Source: Sphaerobacteraceae bacterium
Lineage (GTDB): Bacteria; Chloroflexota; Chloroflexia; Thermomicrobiales; UBA6265
Assembly (NCBI GenBank): GCA_016781925.1
Contig: JADDPH010000091.1
Span: forward strand, 33,017 to 97,016
DNA: 64,000 nt
Direction: 5' to 3'
Shown: piece by piece, positions 28,941-40,045 of the stretch
Position numbering within the stretch: position 1 is the first letter of the stretch
Layout of the letters: each line of letters begins with the position of its first letter
The notes under the pieces: model-generated
Told to the model about the DNA's origin: nothing
Seen by the model: the letters and a program-made list of their open reading frames with translations, nothing else
Database searches by the model: none
Translations under genes and position numbers: made by a program

Positions 28941-28963
28941 GCCCAGGGCGGAGCGCCCTGGGC
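28941..28963 (-). terminator. Hairpin downstream of rpsO
   Basis: GCCCAGGGCG-gag-CGCCCTGGGC; weak U-tail (TTCGTCATT) on the minus strand. Confidence 0.45.
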
Positions 28964-29049
28964 CGTTAACATGATCGTGCTAGCAATGAACGTCAGGATC
29001 CCGCCGGCCGAGGTGGGACGCGCGAGAGGAGAGGCAAAAACGGCCGGGC

Positions 29050-29319
29050 CTACTTTCGGAGTCCGAGCCGTGCAATGGTCGCCCGGTACCGCTCAATGTC
29101 CTTCTCGCTCAGGTACGCGAGCAACCTGCGGCGACGGCCCACGAGCTTGAGGAGCCCCCGCCGGGAATGGTGATCGTGCTTGTGCTCACGGAGATGGCCG
29201 GTCAATCCATTGATGCGCTCGGTCAAAAGCGCGATTTGCACCTCTGGTGAACCCGTGTCGGACTCGTGCGTCCGGAACCCCGTGATAATGTCGTCCTTCT
29301 GTGCTCGCTGCAACGCCAT
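29050..29319 (-). CDS. rpsO: 30S ribosomal protein S15
   Basis: [38 protein letters not shown]. Confidence 0.98.
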   Translation of the reverse strand: MALQRAQKDDIITGFRTHESDTGSPEVQIALLTERINGLTGHLREHKHDHHSRRGLLKLVGRRRRLLAYLSEKDIERYRATIARLGLRK

Positions 29320-29501
29320 GCGGCGGGGCCTCCTCTGCACCAATCCTTCACTTCGATGGGCGCAGTCTAACTGCGCTTGTCAACACCCGAGTATAGCACG
29401 CGATTCTGGTCGAACGACATCCTACGTACTCGTTTTTTGCTTCGTCGCCCATGGCTCCGGTACCATCCCTCCTGAGTCGAGCAACCGGGCGAGAAGGGGT
29501 A

Positions 29502-30386
29502 GTGAGTCTCACCATGCTGGGAGTTATTGGTGGAAGCGGTTTCTATGATCTCCCGGAGATCGAGGAAGCGCGAGATTATGACCTGACGACCCCCTACGGC
29601 AAGCCCAGCGACGCCATCCGCGTCGGGCGGCTTGGCGAGATGGAGATCGCATTCCTTTCTCGTCACGGCCGTGGGCATCGCCTGACGCCCTCGGAGCTGC
29701 CCTACCAAGCCAACATCTACGCCATGAAGGAGGCTGGCGTCACCCACCTCCTCAGCATCAGCGCGGTAGGAAGCCTGAAGGCAACCTTACCGCCCCTCTC
29801 TCTGGTGCTACCAGATCAAATCATCGACCGCACCGTCGCCCGTCCCCGATCGTTCTTCGGTCAGGGTGTGGTGGCCCATGTCGGCATCGCGGATCCATTC
29901 TGTCCGCATCTCCGCGAGCGCCTTGCCGCCGTCATAATGGGCTCGGGACGAGATCACCAGTACGGAGGGACCTACGTCTGCATCGAGGGCCCGCAGTTCT
30001 CGACAAAGGCTGAATCTCAGCTCTACCGCTCCTGGGGGGCCAGCATCATCGGCATGACCGCCATGCCGGAGGCCCGTCTGGCGCGAGAAGCTGAGCTGTG
30101 CTACGCGACCCTTGCCCTGGTCACGGACTTTGACGTCTGGCACGAAACGGAATCCCCTGTGACGGTTGAGACGGTGATGGCGAACCTTGTCGCGAACGTT
30201 GAGGCTGGGCGCGAACTTATCCGCGGCGTGGCCACCGGCGGCATGCTCCCTGGTGACTGTGATTGCCGTCACGCTCTCCGGAACACGATTGTTACGGATG
30301 TTGCCGCGGTGACGGCGGAGGCGAGGCAGCGTCTCGGCATCATCGCCAATGGCTATCTTCCAGCCACCGGTGATCCAAGCTCGTGA
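29502..30386 (+). CDS. mtnP: S-methyl-5'-thioadenosine phosphorylase
   Basis: GVIGGSG, TPYGKPSD, RHGRGH, SAVGSL, EGPQFSTKAES, IGMTAMPEA.LAREA, VTDFDVW. Confidence 0.92.
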   Translation: MSLTMLGVIGGSGFYDLPEIEEARDYDLTTPYGKPSDAIRVGRLGEMEIAFLSRHGRGHRLTPSELPYQANIYAMKEAGVTHLLSISAVGSLKATLPPLSLVLPDQIIDRTVARPRSFFGQGVVAHVGIADPFCPHLRERLAAVIMGSGRDHQYGGTYVCIEGPQFSTKAESQLYRSWGASIIGMTAMPEARLAREAELCYATLALVTDFDVWHETESPVTVETVMANLVANVEAGRELIRGVATGGMLPGDCDCRHALRNTIVTDVAAVTAEARQRLGIIANGYLPATGDPSS

Positions 30387-31690
30387 TTGGCCGCCCCACA
30401 TTCCGGTCGACCGAACTTCAGCTCCTGATCGCGCCCTCCCTCTTGGCAATCGTGGGATTACTTACGATCTTCCTTGCTCCGCGTGGCACCGTCATGTGGA
30501 CCTGGTCTGACATCTGGGTCAGCTTGGCCTACGTCGGCGTGGTGACGATTATCAGCCTCTCCTTCAGTCTCCTCGGCTTCCGGGGCGATCAGGTTCTCTT
30601 CCCCGTGACCGTGACCCTGGCCGGGTTGGGGTTGCTGATGATTCAGCGGCTCCACCCAGATTTGACCGCGATCGACCCGGACTACGCGGGTCTCGCGCAA
30701 AAGCAACTCATCTATCTTGGTGCCGGGCTGGCTGTTCTTTGGGGAACGGTGGTGGTGTTCCGCCGCGTCGATCTCCTCCGGCGCTACAAATACACCTGGC
30801 TGCTCCTGAGCCTCGGCCTGCTGGCAATCACCTTTCTCTTCGGCACGGAGATCAACGGTGCGAAGTTGTGGCTCACCATCGGCCCCTTCCAAGCTCAACC
30901 CTCGGAGATCGTCAAGATTACCCTGGTAATTTTCCTCGCTGGTTACCTAGAGGACAATCGGGATGTCCTCGCGGCGAGCTGGCACTTTGGGCCCCTGCGA
31001 CTTCCTCCGCTCCCGTATCTGCTGCCGATGGGGTTGATGTGGGCCTCCTCCCTGATGGTCCTCGTCATCCTGAACGACCTCGGCTCGGCCCTGCTCTTCT
31101 TCGGGATCTTTCTTGCCATGCTCTACGTCGCCAGTGGGCGCGCCCTCTACGTTGCCATCGGCCTACTCTCCTTCGCGGCCGCGTCCTGGGGCGCCTTTCA
31201 GGCATTCGGGCGAATCGGCCTCCGGGTCCAGAACTGGCTCGATCCTTGGCAAGACCCCTTGGATGTAGGGTACCAACAGGTCCAGTCCGACTACGCGCTA
31301 GCTAGCGGCCAACTCTTGGGCAGCGGGCTCGGAATGGGACGACCTTGGTACATCCCTGAGGTCCAGACCGACTTCATCTTTTCGGCGATCGGGGAGGAAC
31401 TCGGGCTGCTCGGCGCCGTCGCCGTGCTCGCCCTCTACTTTCTCCTGGTGATGCGCGGCTTCACCATCGCGCTGCGAACAGGGGACCGCTTTGCGCGCCT
31501 CACCGCTGTCGGATTGGCAACCATTCTTGGCATACAGACGGTGATCATCACCGGCGGCGTCATCCGACTCATCCCACTCACCGGGATCACCTTGCCGTTT
31601 GTTTCGTACGGCGGGAGTTCGCTGCTCACGAATTTTCTCATTATCGGCCTCCTCCTCAATATCTCCGAATCGAACCGACGCCAGGCCTAA
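30383..31690 (+). CDS. rodA: SEDS family glycosyltransferase (RodA/FtsW)
   Basis: NGAKLWL, QPSEIVKI, DLGSALL, PEVQTDFIFSAIGEELG, PLTGITLPFVSYGGSS. Confidence 0.9.
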   Translation: MIGRPTFRSTELQLLIAPSLLAIVGLLTIFLAPRGTVMWTWSDIWVSLAYVGVVTIISLSFSLLGFRGDQVLFPVTVTLAGLGLLMIQRLHPDLTAIDPDYAGLAQKQLIYLGAGLAVLWGTVVVFRRVDLLRRYKYTWLLLSLGLLAITFLFGTEINGAKLWLTIGPFQAQPSEIVKITLVIFLAGYLEDNRDVLAASWHFGPLRLPPLPYLLPMGLMWASSLMVLVILNDLGSALLFFGIFLAMLYVASGRALYVAIGLLSFAAASWGAFQAFGRIGLRVQNWLDPWQDPLDVGYQQVQSDYALASGQLLGSGLGMGRPWYIPEVQTDFIFSAIGEELGLLGAVAVLALYFLLVMRGFTIALRTGDRFARLTAVGLATILGIQTVIITGGVIRLIPLTGITLPFVSYGGSSLLTNFLIIGLLLNISESNRRQA

Positions 31691-31742
31691 CACCTCGAAG
31701 TGTCCTAGGGGACGCTCCGACCCTCGGGAGGAATCAGGCATC

Positions 31743-33392
31743 ATGCCACCCACTGTTCGTGCCGTCGCCGTCGCGCTCTTCCTCGCGGCGATTGCCCTTG
31801 GACTCCGCACGGGAAGCGGCATCAGCGATGCTCGCTGGCTTGCGATTCTCGGCGCGGCTTGGCTGCTGCTGATTGTCGCCCTTTGGCCACGGTTGCCCGC
31901 GGGGCTCCCACAGTTCAACCGCACGGTTGTGCGTACCGCGCTTGTCCTGACGACGATCTTTGCAATCCTGAGCATCCAACTGGTTCGCATTCAAGTCGTT
32001 CAAGGGGATGTCACGGCGCAGCGCGTGGCTCGCGCTGCGAACGGCGACTCGCTCGCCAATCCTCGTCTACAGAATGAAAGCCTGAGCATCAGACGCGGCC
32101 GCATGTTTGATCGCAATGGAGTTCTTGTCGCCGACACCGTGAGGCAGGGGGATGTCTGGGCTCGGGTGTATCCCGAGCCGGAGTCTGCCTACCTCGTCGG
32201 ATACTACTCACCGCTCCGATACGGCAACGCCGGTCTTGAAGCGAGCTTCGACGACGAATTGTCCGGCCGAGCGGCGAACAACCCCTTCGTCCGTTGGGAG
32301 AACGAGCTCCTCAACCGCTCGCAGACCGGCGTCGATCTGCAACTCACCCTCGACGCGAATCTCCAGCGTCACGCCCATGAGCTGCTCGACGGGCGTCCAG
32401 GGGCGGTGGTGCTGCTGGAGGTGGGGACAGGAGCGGTCCATACCATGGCCAGCAACCCGAACTACGATCCGAACCGGCTCTTCACGGGGAACCCCGGCGA
32501 CGCTGAAGCTGCCGGAGTGTACTGGGAACGTTTGATATCGGATGAGGACGCTCCCCTCGTCCTCCGAGCCACGGAAGGTCTCTTTTCCCCCGGCTCGACC
32601 TTCAAGACGGTCACGGCCTCAGCCGCCGTCGATTCTGGTCTCGCCAACCCCTCGTCAACCTACGAAGACGACGGTGCGCTCGTCGTCGAGGGCCACACCA
32701 TCCCTGAGTTCAACCGGCCGGACGACACGATCGATACGTGGACTTTGAGCGACGGCCTTGCGTGGTCCCTCAACGTGGTGCTCGCTAGGGTCGGTCTCCA
32801 ACTCGGACCCGAGGGGCTGCAGGAATACGCGACGCGGTTCGGGTTCGGTGAGGAGATTCCGTTCGACCTCCCGGTCGCCCGGAGCCAACTTGCCTCTACC
32901 CCGGATTTCCTCGACTCCCCGGCTGCCTTAGCTGACACGGCGTTCGGTCAGGGTCAGATCTTGACGACGCCGCTGCAAATGGCCCTTGTTGCCGCTGGGA
33001 TCGCCAACGACGGGGTCATCATGCAGCCCTATTTGGTCTCCGGCACTCGCGATGGGGAGGGGAATCTCACACGCGAGACCGAGCCGAGCGTTTGGCAACG
33101 CCCCATCAGTTCTGAGAGCGCCGCGCAAGTGCAGGACATGATGGTCAACGCGGTCGAGAATGGATACGCCGCCGGCGCCCAGATCGAGGGCCTGGTTGTC
33201 GGCGGGAAGACAGGGACCGCTGAAGTGGACAACGGTGAGCCGCATGCCTGGTTCATCGCGTTCGTCGGGGACCCAGAACCCCGGTACGCCGTCGCGGTGG
33301 TCCTTGAACATGGTGGGGTCGGTCTCGGGGATTCACTCGCTATCGCACGGGACATGCTCGCTGCGGCCATGGCGGAAGAGACAGTGCCCTAG
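31743..33392 (+). CDS. pbpA: Class B penicillin-binding protein (PbpA-like)
   Basis: RGRMFDRNG, SxxK (PGSTFK), SxN (SLN), KTG (GKTGTAE), HAWFIAF. Confidence 0.88.
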   Translation: MPPTVRAVAVALFLAAIALGLRTGSGISDARWLAILGAAWLLLIVALWPRLPAGLPQFNRTVVRTALVLTTIFAILSIQLVRIQVVQGDVTAQRVARAANGDSLANPRLQNESLSIRRGRMFDRNGVLVADTVRQGDVWARVYPEPESAYLVGYYSPLRYGNAGLEASFDDELSGRAANNPFVRWENELLNRSQTGVDLQLTLDANLQRHAHELLDGRPGAVVLLEVGTGAVHTMASNPNYDPNRLFTGNPGDAEAAGVYWERLISDEDAPLVLRATEGLFSPGSTFKTVTASAAVDSGLANPSSTYEDDGALVVEGHTIPEFNRPDDTIDTWTLSDGLAWSLNVVLARVGLQLGPEGLQEYATRFGFGEEIPFDLPVARSQLASTPDFLDSPAALADTAFGQGQILTTPLQMALVAAGIANDGVIMQPYLVSGTRDGEGNLTRETEPSVWQRPISSESAAQVQDMMVNAVENGYAAGAQIEGLVVGGKTGTAEVDNGEPHAWFIAFVGDPEPRYAVAVVLEHGGVGLGDSLAIARDMLAAAMAEETVP

Positions 33393-33468
33393 GAGTCAGT
33401 GTCCGGACCGTTTCTTCACAAGATGTGAGAAAAGCGCGAACGAACGCGACAGTTCACCGTGTCCAACA

Positions 33469-33497
33469 CTGACGGATTCGTCAAAAAATGGTAGAAT
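33469..33497 (+). promoter_or_regulatory. Extended -10 promoter, probably leaderless transcript
   Basis: CTGACG-17 nt-TAGAAT with TGn; ATG 5 nt downstream; no SD. Confidence 0.55.
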
Positions 33498-33502
33498 TAG
33501 GC

Positions 33503-33901
33503 ATGTCGGAACGCATTCGACGCCGCGTCGAGGCGGCTCGGCGGCGCCAATTTGAGCGCCTCGTCCAGCGGGCGTTAGACGACCTGCCGGATGGAATCCT
33601 CTCGATGCTCGACAACGTGGATGTGGTGATCGAGGACGAGCCGGGAGACACGGATCAAGCGGGTGGCCACTCGGAAGGTGGGGAGCTATTTGGCCTCTAC
33701 CTCGGTGTCCCGCGGACCGAACGAGACTCCAGCTACTCCATGGTCTTGCCAGACAAGATCACGCTCTTCCGGGGCCCACTCGAACGATCCTGTGGATCAC
33801 CTGCTGAACTCGCTCGCGAAGTTCGGGTGACGGTGGTCCACGAACTGGGGCATCACCTCGGGCTGGATGAGGACCAACTCGAAGAGCTTGGATGGGGGTG
33901 A
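33503..33901 (+). CDS. Zincin-like minimal metallopeptidase family protein
   Basis: FERLVQRALDDLP, LFGLYLGVP, PDKITLFRGPL, TVVHELGHHLG (HExxH). Confidence 0.9.
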   Translation: MSERIRRRVEAARRRQFERLVQRALDDLPDGILSMLDNVDVVIEDEPGDTDQAGGHSEGGELFGLYLGVPRTERDSSYSMVLPDKITLFRGPLERSCGSPAELAREVRVTVVHELGHHLGLDEDQLEELGWG

Positions 33902-33919
33902 CCGGGGAGAGGAAGGTGC

Positions 33920-34171
33920 ATGCACCAAAGGCACCGCTTCGGAGATGGAGATGCAGTCCTAGGCCGTGCTTCCTTGATTGAGCATCTTCACCGTGAGTCG
34001 GTCCAGGTGGCCGGCCGTGACGGAACCTTCGACCCCACTGGACACACAGGCCGACGTGGAGGCGATGAGCATGACCAGTCGGTCTCGCGTTGGCCAGCAC
34101 CAGAGCGGCCGCGCCAGGCGCTGCGTCGTTGGTTAGGCATCCACCTCTACCAAGCAACCTTACGGCCTTGA
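33920..34171 (+). CDS. Possible small hypothetical protein (83 aa)
   Basis: Purine-rich SD GAGAGGAAGG before ATG; fills the gap before gyrB; no recognisable motif. Confidence 0.35.
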   Translation: MHQRHRFGDGDAVLGRASLIEHLHRESVQVAGRDGTFDPTGHTGRRGGDEHDQSVSRWPAPERPRQALRRWLGIHLYQATLRP

Positions 34172-34218
34172 GTCCGTTCTCGACCCGAACGATCCAGCTT
34201 CCTGCTAGAACTGCGTAG

Positions 34219-36156
<1,938 letters not shown>

Positions 36157-36208
36157 AGCTGCGCTCCGTCGCCAAAATTCCCGGTTCTCCTGTAGCGCCT
36201 TTACGAGT

Positions 36209-36252
36209 GGCCTGCCCCGACCCCTTAACCGGCTCGGGGCAGGCCGTTTTAT
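36209..36252 (+). terminator. Rho-independent terminator after gyrB
   Basis: GGCCTGCCCCGA...TCGGGGCAGGCC then GTTTTAT. Confidence 0.7.
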
Positions 36253-36424
36253 GTGCTGTGATGCAGGTCTTGCTGATTTCCTCTGGGAAAGCCCCCGCCT
36301 TTCTCCCTGCTCCCACGCAGCAAAAATGAGGGCATCGATCGCCGGGAGTCGGCCGCGGCGGCATGTGCTAGAGTCACCGGCTGGGTCGGCTTAGCTCGGG
36401 ACTGCGTTGGGGAAGGACGTGGGG

Positions 36425-37492
36425 ATGCGGATAGCGGTCGACGCGATCGGCGGGGATCAGGGTCCAGCAGTCGTGGTGCCGGGCGCTGTCGACGGGGCGC
36501 GGATGTTCAATGTCGCTCTGTGCCTGGTCGGCCCCGAGGCCGTCATCCGTCACCACCTGAGCTCGGTCGACACGGCCGGGGTCGATGTCCACGTGGTCGA
36601 CGCGCCCGATGCGATCGAGATGGATGAGCATCCGGCCCAGGCAATTCGGCGAAAACCGAGAGCCAGCATTCCGGTTGCCCTCCGGGAGGTCCAGGAAGGC
36701 CGCGCCAATGGAGTTGTCTCTGCCGGGAATAGTGGGGCGGTGATGGCGGCGGCTCTTCTGGTCCTTGGCCGGATCGCGGGGATTGACCGGCCCGCAATCG
36801 GCTCATTTCTCCCGTCCGTTCGATCCCGCACCCTGGTCCTCGACCTTGGCGCGGTAACGGACCCGAAACCGCACCACCTCGTTCAGTTTGCCCTCATGGG
36901 ACGGGTGTACGCGGAGCGAATCCTCGACCTGAGCAATCCGACGGTTGGTCTATTGAGTAATGGCGAGGAACCGACCAAAGGCAATCAGTTTGTGCAGGAG
37001 GTTTATCCCCTCCTCGCTGGTGTCGACGGTCTCAATTTCAAAGGGAATGTCGAGGGGAAGGACGTGCCGCTCGGCACCGTCGACATTGTGGTTACTGATG
37101 GCTTCACGGGAAATGTCGCCCTGAAGGTTGCCGAAGGGATAGCGACGATGATGACTGATTTGCTCCGCTCAGAATTGACCGCCACCCTACCTCGCAAGCT
37201 TGCGTCGCTCATGCTTCGACCGGCGTTCCGAACCGTGCGAGCTCGCCTCGACTACAGCGAGATTGGCGGAGCACCGCTCCTTGGCGTCGACGGGACTGTG
37301 GTCATCGCCCATGGGAGGTCGGACGTGAAAGCCATCATGAACGCCGTCGGCGTTGCCCGGAGATCGGTTGAAGCCGACCTGCCGGGTGGGATCCGGGAGG
37401 CCGTCGCTGGCCCGCGGGGGGGCAAGGAAGTCGAGGAGTCGCCTGTTGTGTCCCAGGAGATAGCCCCCGACCGGAGGCGGGGGGCAGTTTAG
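36425..37492 (+). CDS. plsX: Phosphate acyltransferase PlsX
   Basis: MRIAVDAIGGDQGP, VSAGNSGA, GIDRPAI, NGEEPTKG, VTDGFTGNV.LK, GGAPLLGV, IAHGRS. Confidence 0.95.
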   Translation: MRIAVDAIGGDQGPAVVVPGAVDGARMFNVALCLVGPEAVIRHHLSSVDTAGVDVHVVDAPDAIEMDEHPAQAIRRKPRASIPVALREVQEGRANGVVSAGNSGAVMAAALLVLGRIAGIDRPAIGSFLPSVRSRTLVLDLGAVTDPKPHHLVQFALMGRVYAERILDLSNPTVGLLSNGEEPTKGNQFVQEVYPLLAGVDGLNFKGNVEGKDVPLGTVDIVVTDGFTGNVALKVAEGIATMMTDLLRSELTATLPRKLASLMLRPAFRTVRARLDYSEIGGAPLLGVDGTVVIAHGRSDVKAIMNAVGVARRSVEADLPGGIREAVAGPRGGKEVEESPVVSQEIAPDRRRGAV

Positions 37493-37770
37493 CCTGAATC
37501 TCCCACAGCGCGCTTAAGCTGCGTCCCTGGTCGGAAGGCCGGGCTTCGTCTCCGACTAATCATCATGGCGTCACCGGTGCGCGGATGCCGGCCCTGGCGA
37601 GCGGCGCGCTCGGTGACGCGAAAGGTTCCAAAGCCGCTAATGGCGACTTCGTCACCGTTGGCCAAGGCGCCCTGCACGGCAGAGAACACCGCATTCACCG
37701 CTGCCGACGCCTGAGCCTCCGTCAGGGTCGCCTCGGCCGCGACGATCCGCGTTAGGTCTTGCTTCCTCAT
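37489..37770 (-). CDS. hup: HU family DNA-binding protein
   Basis: VAISGFGTF, RAARQGRHPRTG, PAFRPGTQLK. Confidence 0.92.
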   Translation of the reverse strand: MRKQDLTRIVAAEATLTEAQASAAVNAVFSAVQGALANGDEVAISGFGTFRVTERAARQGRHPRTGDAMMISRRRSPAFRPGTQLKRAVGDSG

Positions 37771-37876
37771 CCCTCTCCTCCACTGCGCGGCATCTCATTA
37801 CATGCTAGTGAGCCTTTGCAGAGCTGCAAGAGACCCCGTAGCCTACCACCTCCTACAATAGATTCCCGGTGCCCCA

Positions 37877-38737
37877 TCAAGGCAGAGCGGTGCCCGGGCT
37901 TGGTCCCGGCCGTGCCCCCCGTCGGGGGCCGCGCCGTCGCTGCCTGGCCGCCTCAAACAACATGACGGCACCGGCAACCCCAACGTTCAGGGACTCGAGA
38001 CCTCCCAGCAGCGGGATGCGCACGGAGGTGGTCGCCAACGATGCGGCGTCGGTGGTCACGCCGTCGGCCTCCGAACCAAGAATCAATGCGGCTGGCTGGG
38101 TCCAGTCCAGGCCCTCGTAGGGCACCAACCCGTCCGCCGCCGCCAGCGCGCGGAGCGGACAGGTTGCCTCGAGACTAGCCCGCCTGTCGGAGTGGAGGGA
38201 CGCGATCGGTATTCGGAAGTGAGCTCCCATCCCGGCTCTCACAGCCTTCGGATGGTAGGGATCCACTGTTTCATCCGACAGCAGAACGGCGGTCACCCCT
38301 GCTCCTACCGCCGCTCTCAGCAGCGTACCAAGGTTCCCGGGATCCCGCACCCGGTCAATCACGACGTAGAGGGGTGAGCGCGTGGAGGCCTCGGGAACCT
38401 CGGCAAACGGAAAAACCGCCAGGGTCCCCTGGGGTGTCACGGTATTACTCACATCATCGAACAGGGCTGAAGCGACGATCCGCATGGGAACCTGTGGGCG
38501 GAGTGACCGAAGCCACTCTGGTTCCGTTTCCACCCGATCCTCGCGGACAAGGAGCAGCGTAGGGACGGCACCAGCCAGCAATCCGTCCTCGATCGCCCGG
38601 TCTCCTTCAACGACGAACGCCCGCTCCGCATAGCGCTTTTGGCGCCGTTGGAGCGAGCGTACGTACTTCAGCCCAGCATTGGATGGACTACGGATAACCG
38701 GGTCTGCCCCTGGTCCTTCTGGCGTTGGTCGCGGCAA
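37877..38737 (-). CDS. TrmH/SpoU family RNA 2'-O-methyltransferase
   Basis: RDPGNLGTLLR, LGSEADG, IPLLGGLESLNV. Confidence 0.92.
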   Translation of the reverse strand: MPRPTPEGPGADPVIRSPSNAGLKYVRSLQRRQKRYAERAFVVEGDRAIEDGLLAGAVPTLLLVREDRVETEPEWLRSLRPQVPMRIVASALFDDVSNTVTPQGTLAVFPFAEVPEASTRSPLYVVIDRVRDPGNLGTLLRAAVGAGVTAVLLSDETVDPYHPKAVRAGMGAHFRIPIASLHSDRRASLEATCPLRALAAADGLVPYEGLDWTQPAALILGSEADGVTTDAASLATTSVRIPLLGGLESLNVGVAGAVMLFEAARQRRRGPRRGARPGPSPGTALP

Positions 38738-38743
38738 TGGGGG

Positions 38744-39100
38744 CTAGGCCAGCGCCTGCTTTGCGACCGAAGCCACCTCCGCGAAGGCCGCCTCGTCCCG
38801 CACGGCCAGGTCAGCGAGCATCTTTCGATCAACCGCAACGCCGGCGGAATTGAGCCCCTGGATGAGGCGGCTATACGGGATGCCGTTCATGCGGGCAGCC
38901 GCGTTGATGCGGGTGATCCATAGCCGGCGCATATCTCGTTTGCGCGTCCTCCGGTCACGGTAGGAGTACATAAGGGCACGCATCAACGACTCGTGCGCGC
39001 GCTTGTACAGCCGGTTGTTGGTGGCGCGATGCCCCTTGACTTGGGCCAGCACCTTCTTGTGCCGCTTATGCGCGGCGACACCTCTTTTAACGCGGGCCAT
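38744..39100 (-). CDS. rplT: 50S ribosomal protein L20
   Basis: MARVKRG...[22 protein letters not shown]...DRKMLADLA. Confidence 0.97.
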   Translation of the reverse strand: MARVKRGVAAHKRHKKVLAQVKGHRATNNRLYKRAHESLMRALMYSYRDRRTRKRDMRRLWITRINAAARMNGIPYSRLIQGLNSAGVAVDRKMLADLAVRDEAAFAEVASVAKQALA

Positions 39101-39151
39101 GCTGCTCCCCAATCGTCGAAGGTCAAACGACCTGTTGTGCTTCGTCCTGCC

Positions 39152-39358
39152 CTAGCTGCCGTAGGGGAGCAAGCGCTCAACCCGCTGGCGATCCGCGTTG
39201 TCGAGCGGCAACATGCGGTCGAAGGCCCGCTTCACCCTAGGCGCCTTGCGGCGGCGGAAGTGGCTCTTCATCCCCTTGGTCCGCATGATCTTACCCGTCG
39301 CGGTAACCTTGAAGCGCTTCTTGGCGCCCTTATGCGTCTTAAGCTTCTGCTTCGTCAC
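39152..39358 (-). CDS. rpmI: 50S ribosomal protein L35
   Basis: KLKTHKGAKKRFKVTATGKI. Confidence 0.95.
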   Translation of the reverse strand: MTKQKLKTHKGAKKRFKVTATGKIMRTKGMKSHFRRRKAPRVKRAFDRMLPLDNADRQRVERLLPYGS

Positions 39359-39911
39359 GGGTATGAGCCCCTTCCTTTTCCTGCTGACTTTGTTTCGGCT
39401 TGAGCGGACCGAAGTGCATGGTCATCGCTCGCCCTTCCATCCGAGGCGGCTGCTCGACGTTGCCATGCGGCCGAAGCTGCTCAGCCAATTGATCAAGCAG
39501 TCCCCTCCCGATGTCGGGGTGGGCCATCTCTCGTCCGCGAAAGAGGACGGTCAGCTTTACCTTGTCCCCACCGTCGAGGAACTTGGCAGCTTGACGGCCC
39601 TTGGTCTCCAAATCGTGGTCGTCGATCTTCGGGCGAATCCGCACCTCTTTGAGCTCGACCACGTGCTGATTCTTGCGCGACTCCCGCTCTTTTCGGCTCT
39701 GTTCGTAGCGGAATTTGCCGTAGTCCATCAAGCGGCAGACGGGCGGCATCGCGTTTGGCGCAACCTCGACGAGATCCAACCCGCGCTGCCGGGCCATCTC
39801 CAGCGCGTCCCGCGTCGGGATGACCCCAACCTGCTGGCCTTCTTCGTCAATCAGTCGCACTTCTCGGATGCGAATGCGCTCGTTAACACGGGTTTGGACT
39901 GGTCTGGTGAT
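39339..39911 (-). CDS. infC: Translation initiation factor IF-3, non-canonical ATC start
   Basis: RVNERIRIREVRLID, LDLVEVAP, MDYGKFRYE, GDKVK..FRGRE; SD GGGAGG 6 nt before in-frame ATC at 39911. Confidence 0.95.
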   Translation of the reverse strand: MTRPVQTRVNERIRIREVRLIDEEGQQVGVIPTRDALEMARQRGLDLVEVAPNAMPPVCRLMDYGKFRYEQSRKERESRKNQHVVELKEVRIRPKIDDHDLETKGRQAAKFLDGGDKVKLTVLFRGREMAHPDIGRGLLDQLAEQLRPHGNVEQPPRMEGRAMTMHFGPLKPKQSQQEKEGAHTRDEAEA

Positions 39912-40016
39912 GGTTGGCCTCCCTAGCCTGCTCAGAAATTCGTGCCTCCCTCGACGGCAATCAGGTAACCGCAGGGAAAGGCACAGGGGATCCGCCGCCA
40001 TTGGCGGGACCTCACG

Positions 40017-40045
40017 AGTCTACATTGCCACGGTCTTCTCGTCAA
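40017..40045 (-). promoter_or_regulatory. Promoter of infC-rpmI-rplT
   Basis: Minus strand TTGACG-17 nt-TAGACT; the -35 overlaps the ribF stop codon. Confidence 0.65.

Noticed and set aside
33411-33433. Inverted repeat TCACA-aga-TGTGA after pbpA
   Set aside because: Half-sites are in the wrong orientation and spacing for CRP/Rex; weak hairpin, no function supportable.
36157-36424. Hidden rpmF (L32) upstream of plsX
   Set aside because: No MAVPK-like or CxxC small ORF found; the region holds a terminator and probable promoter.
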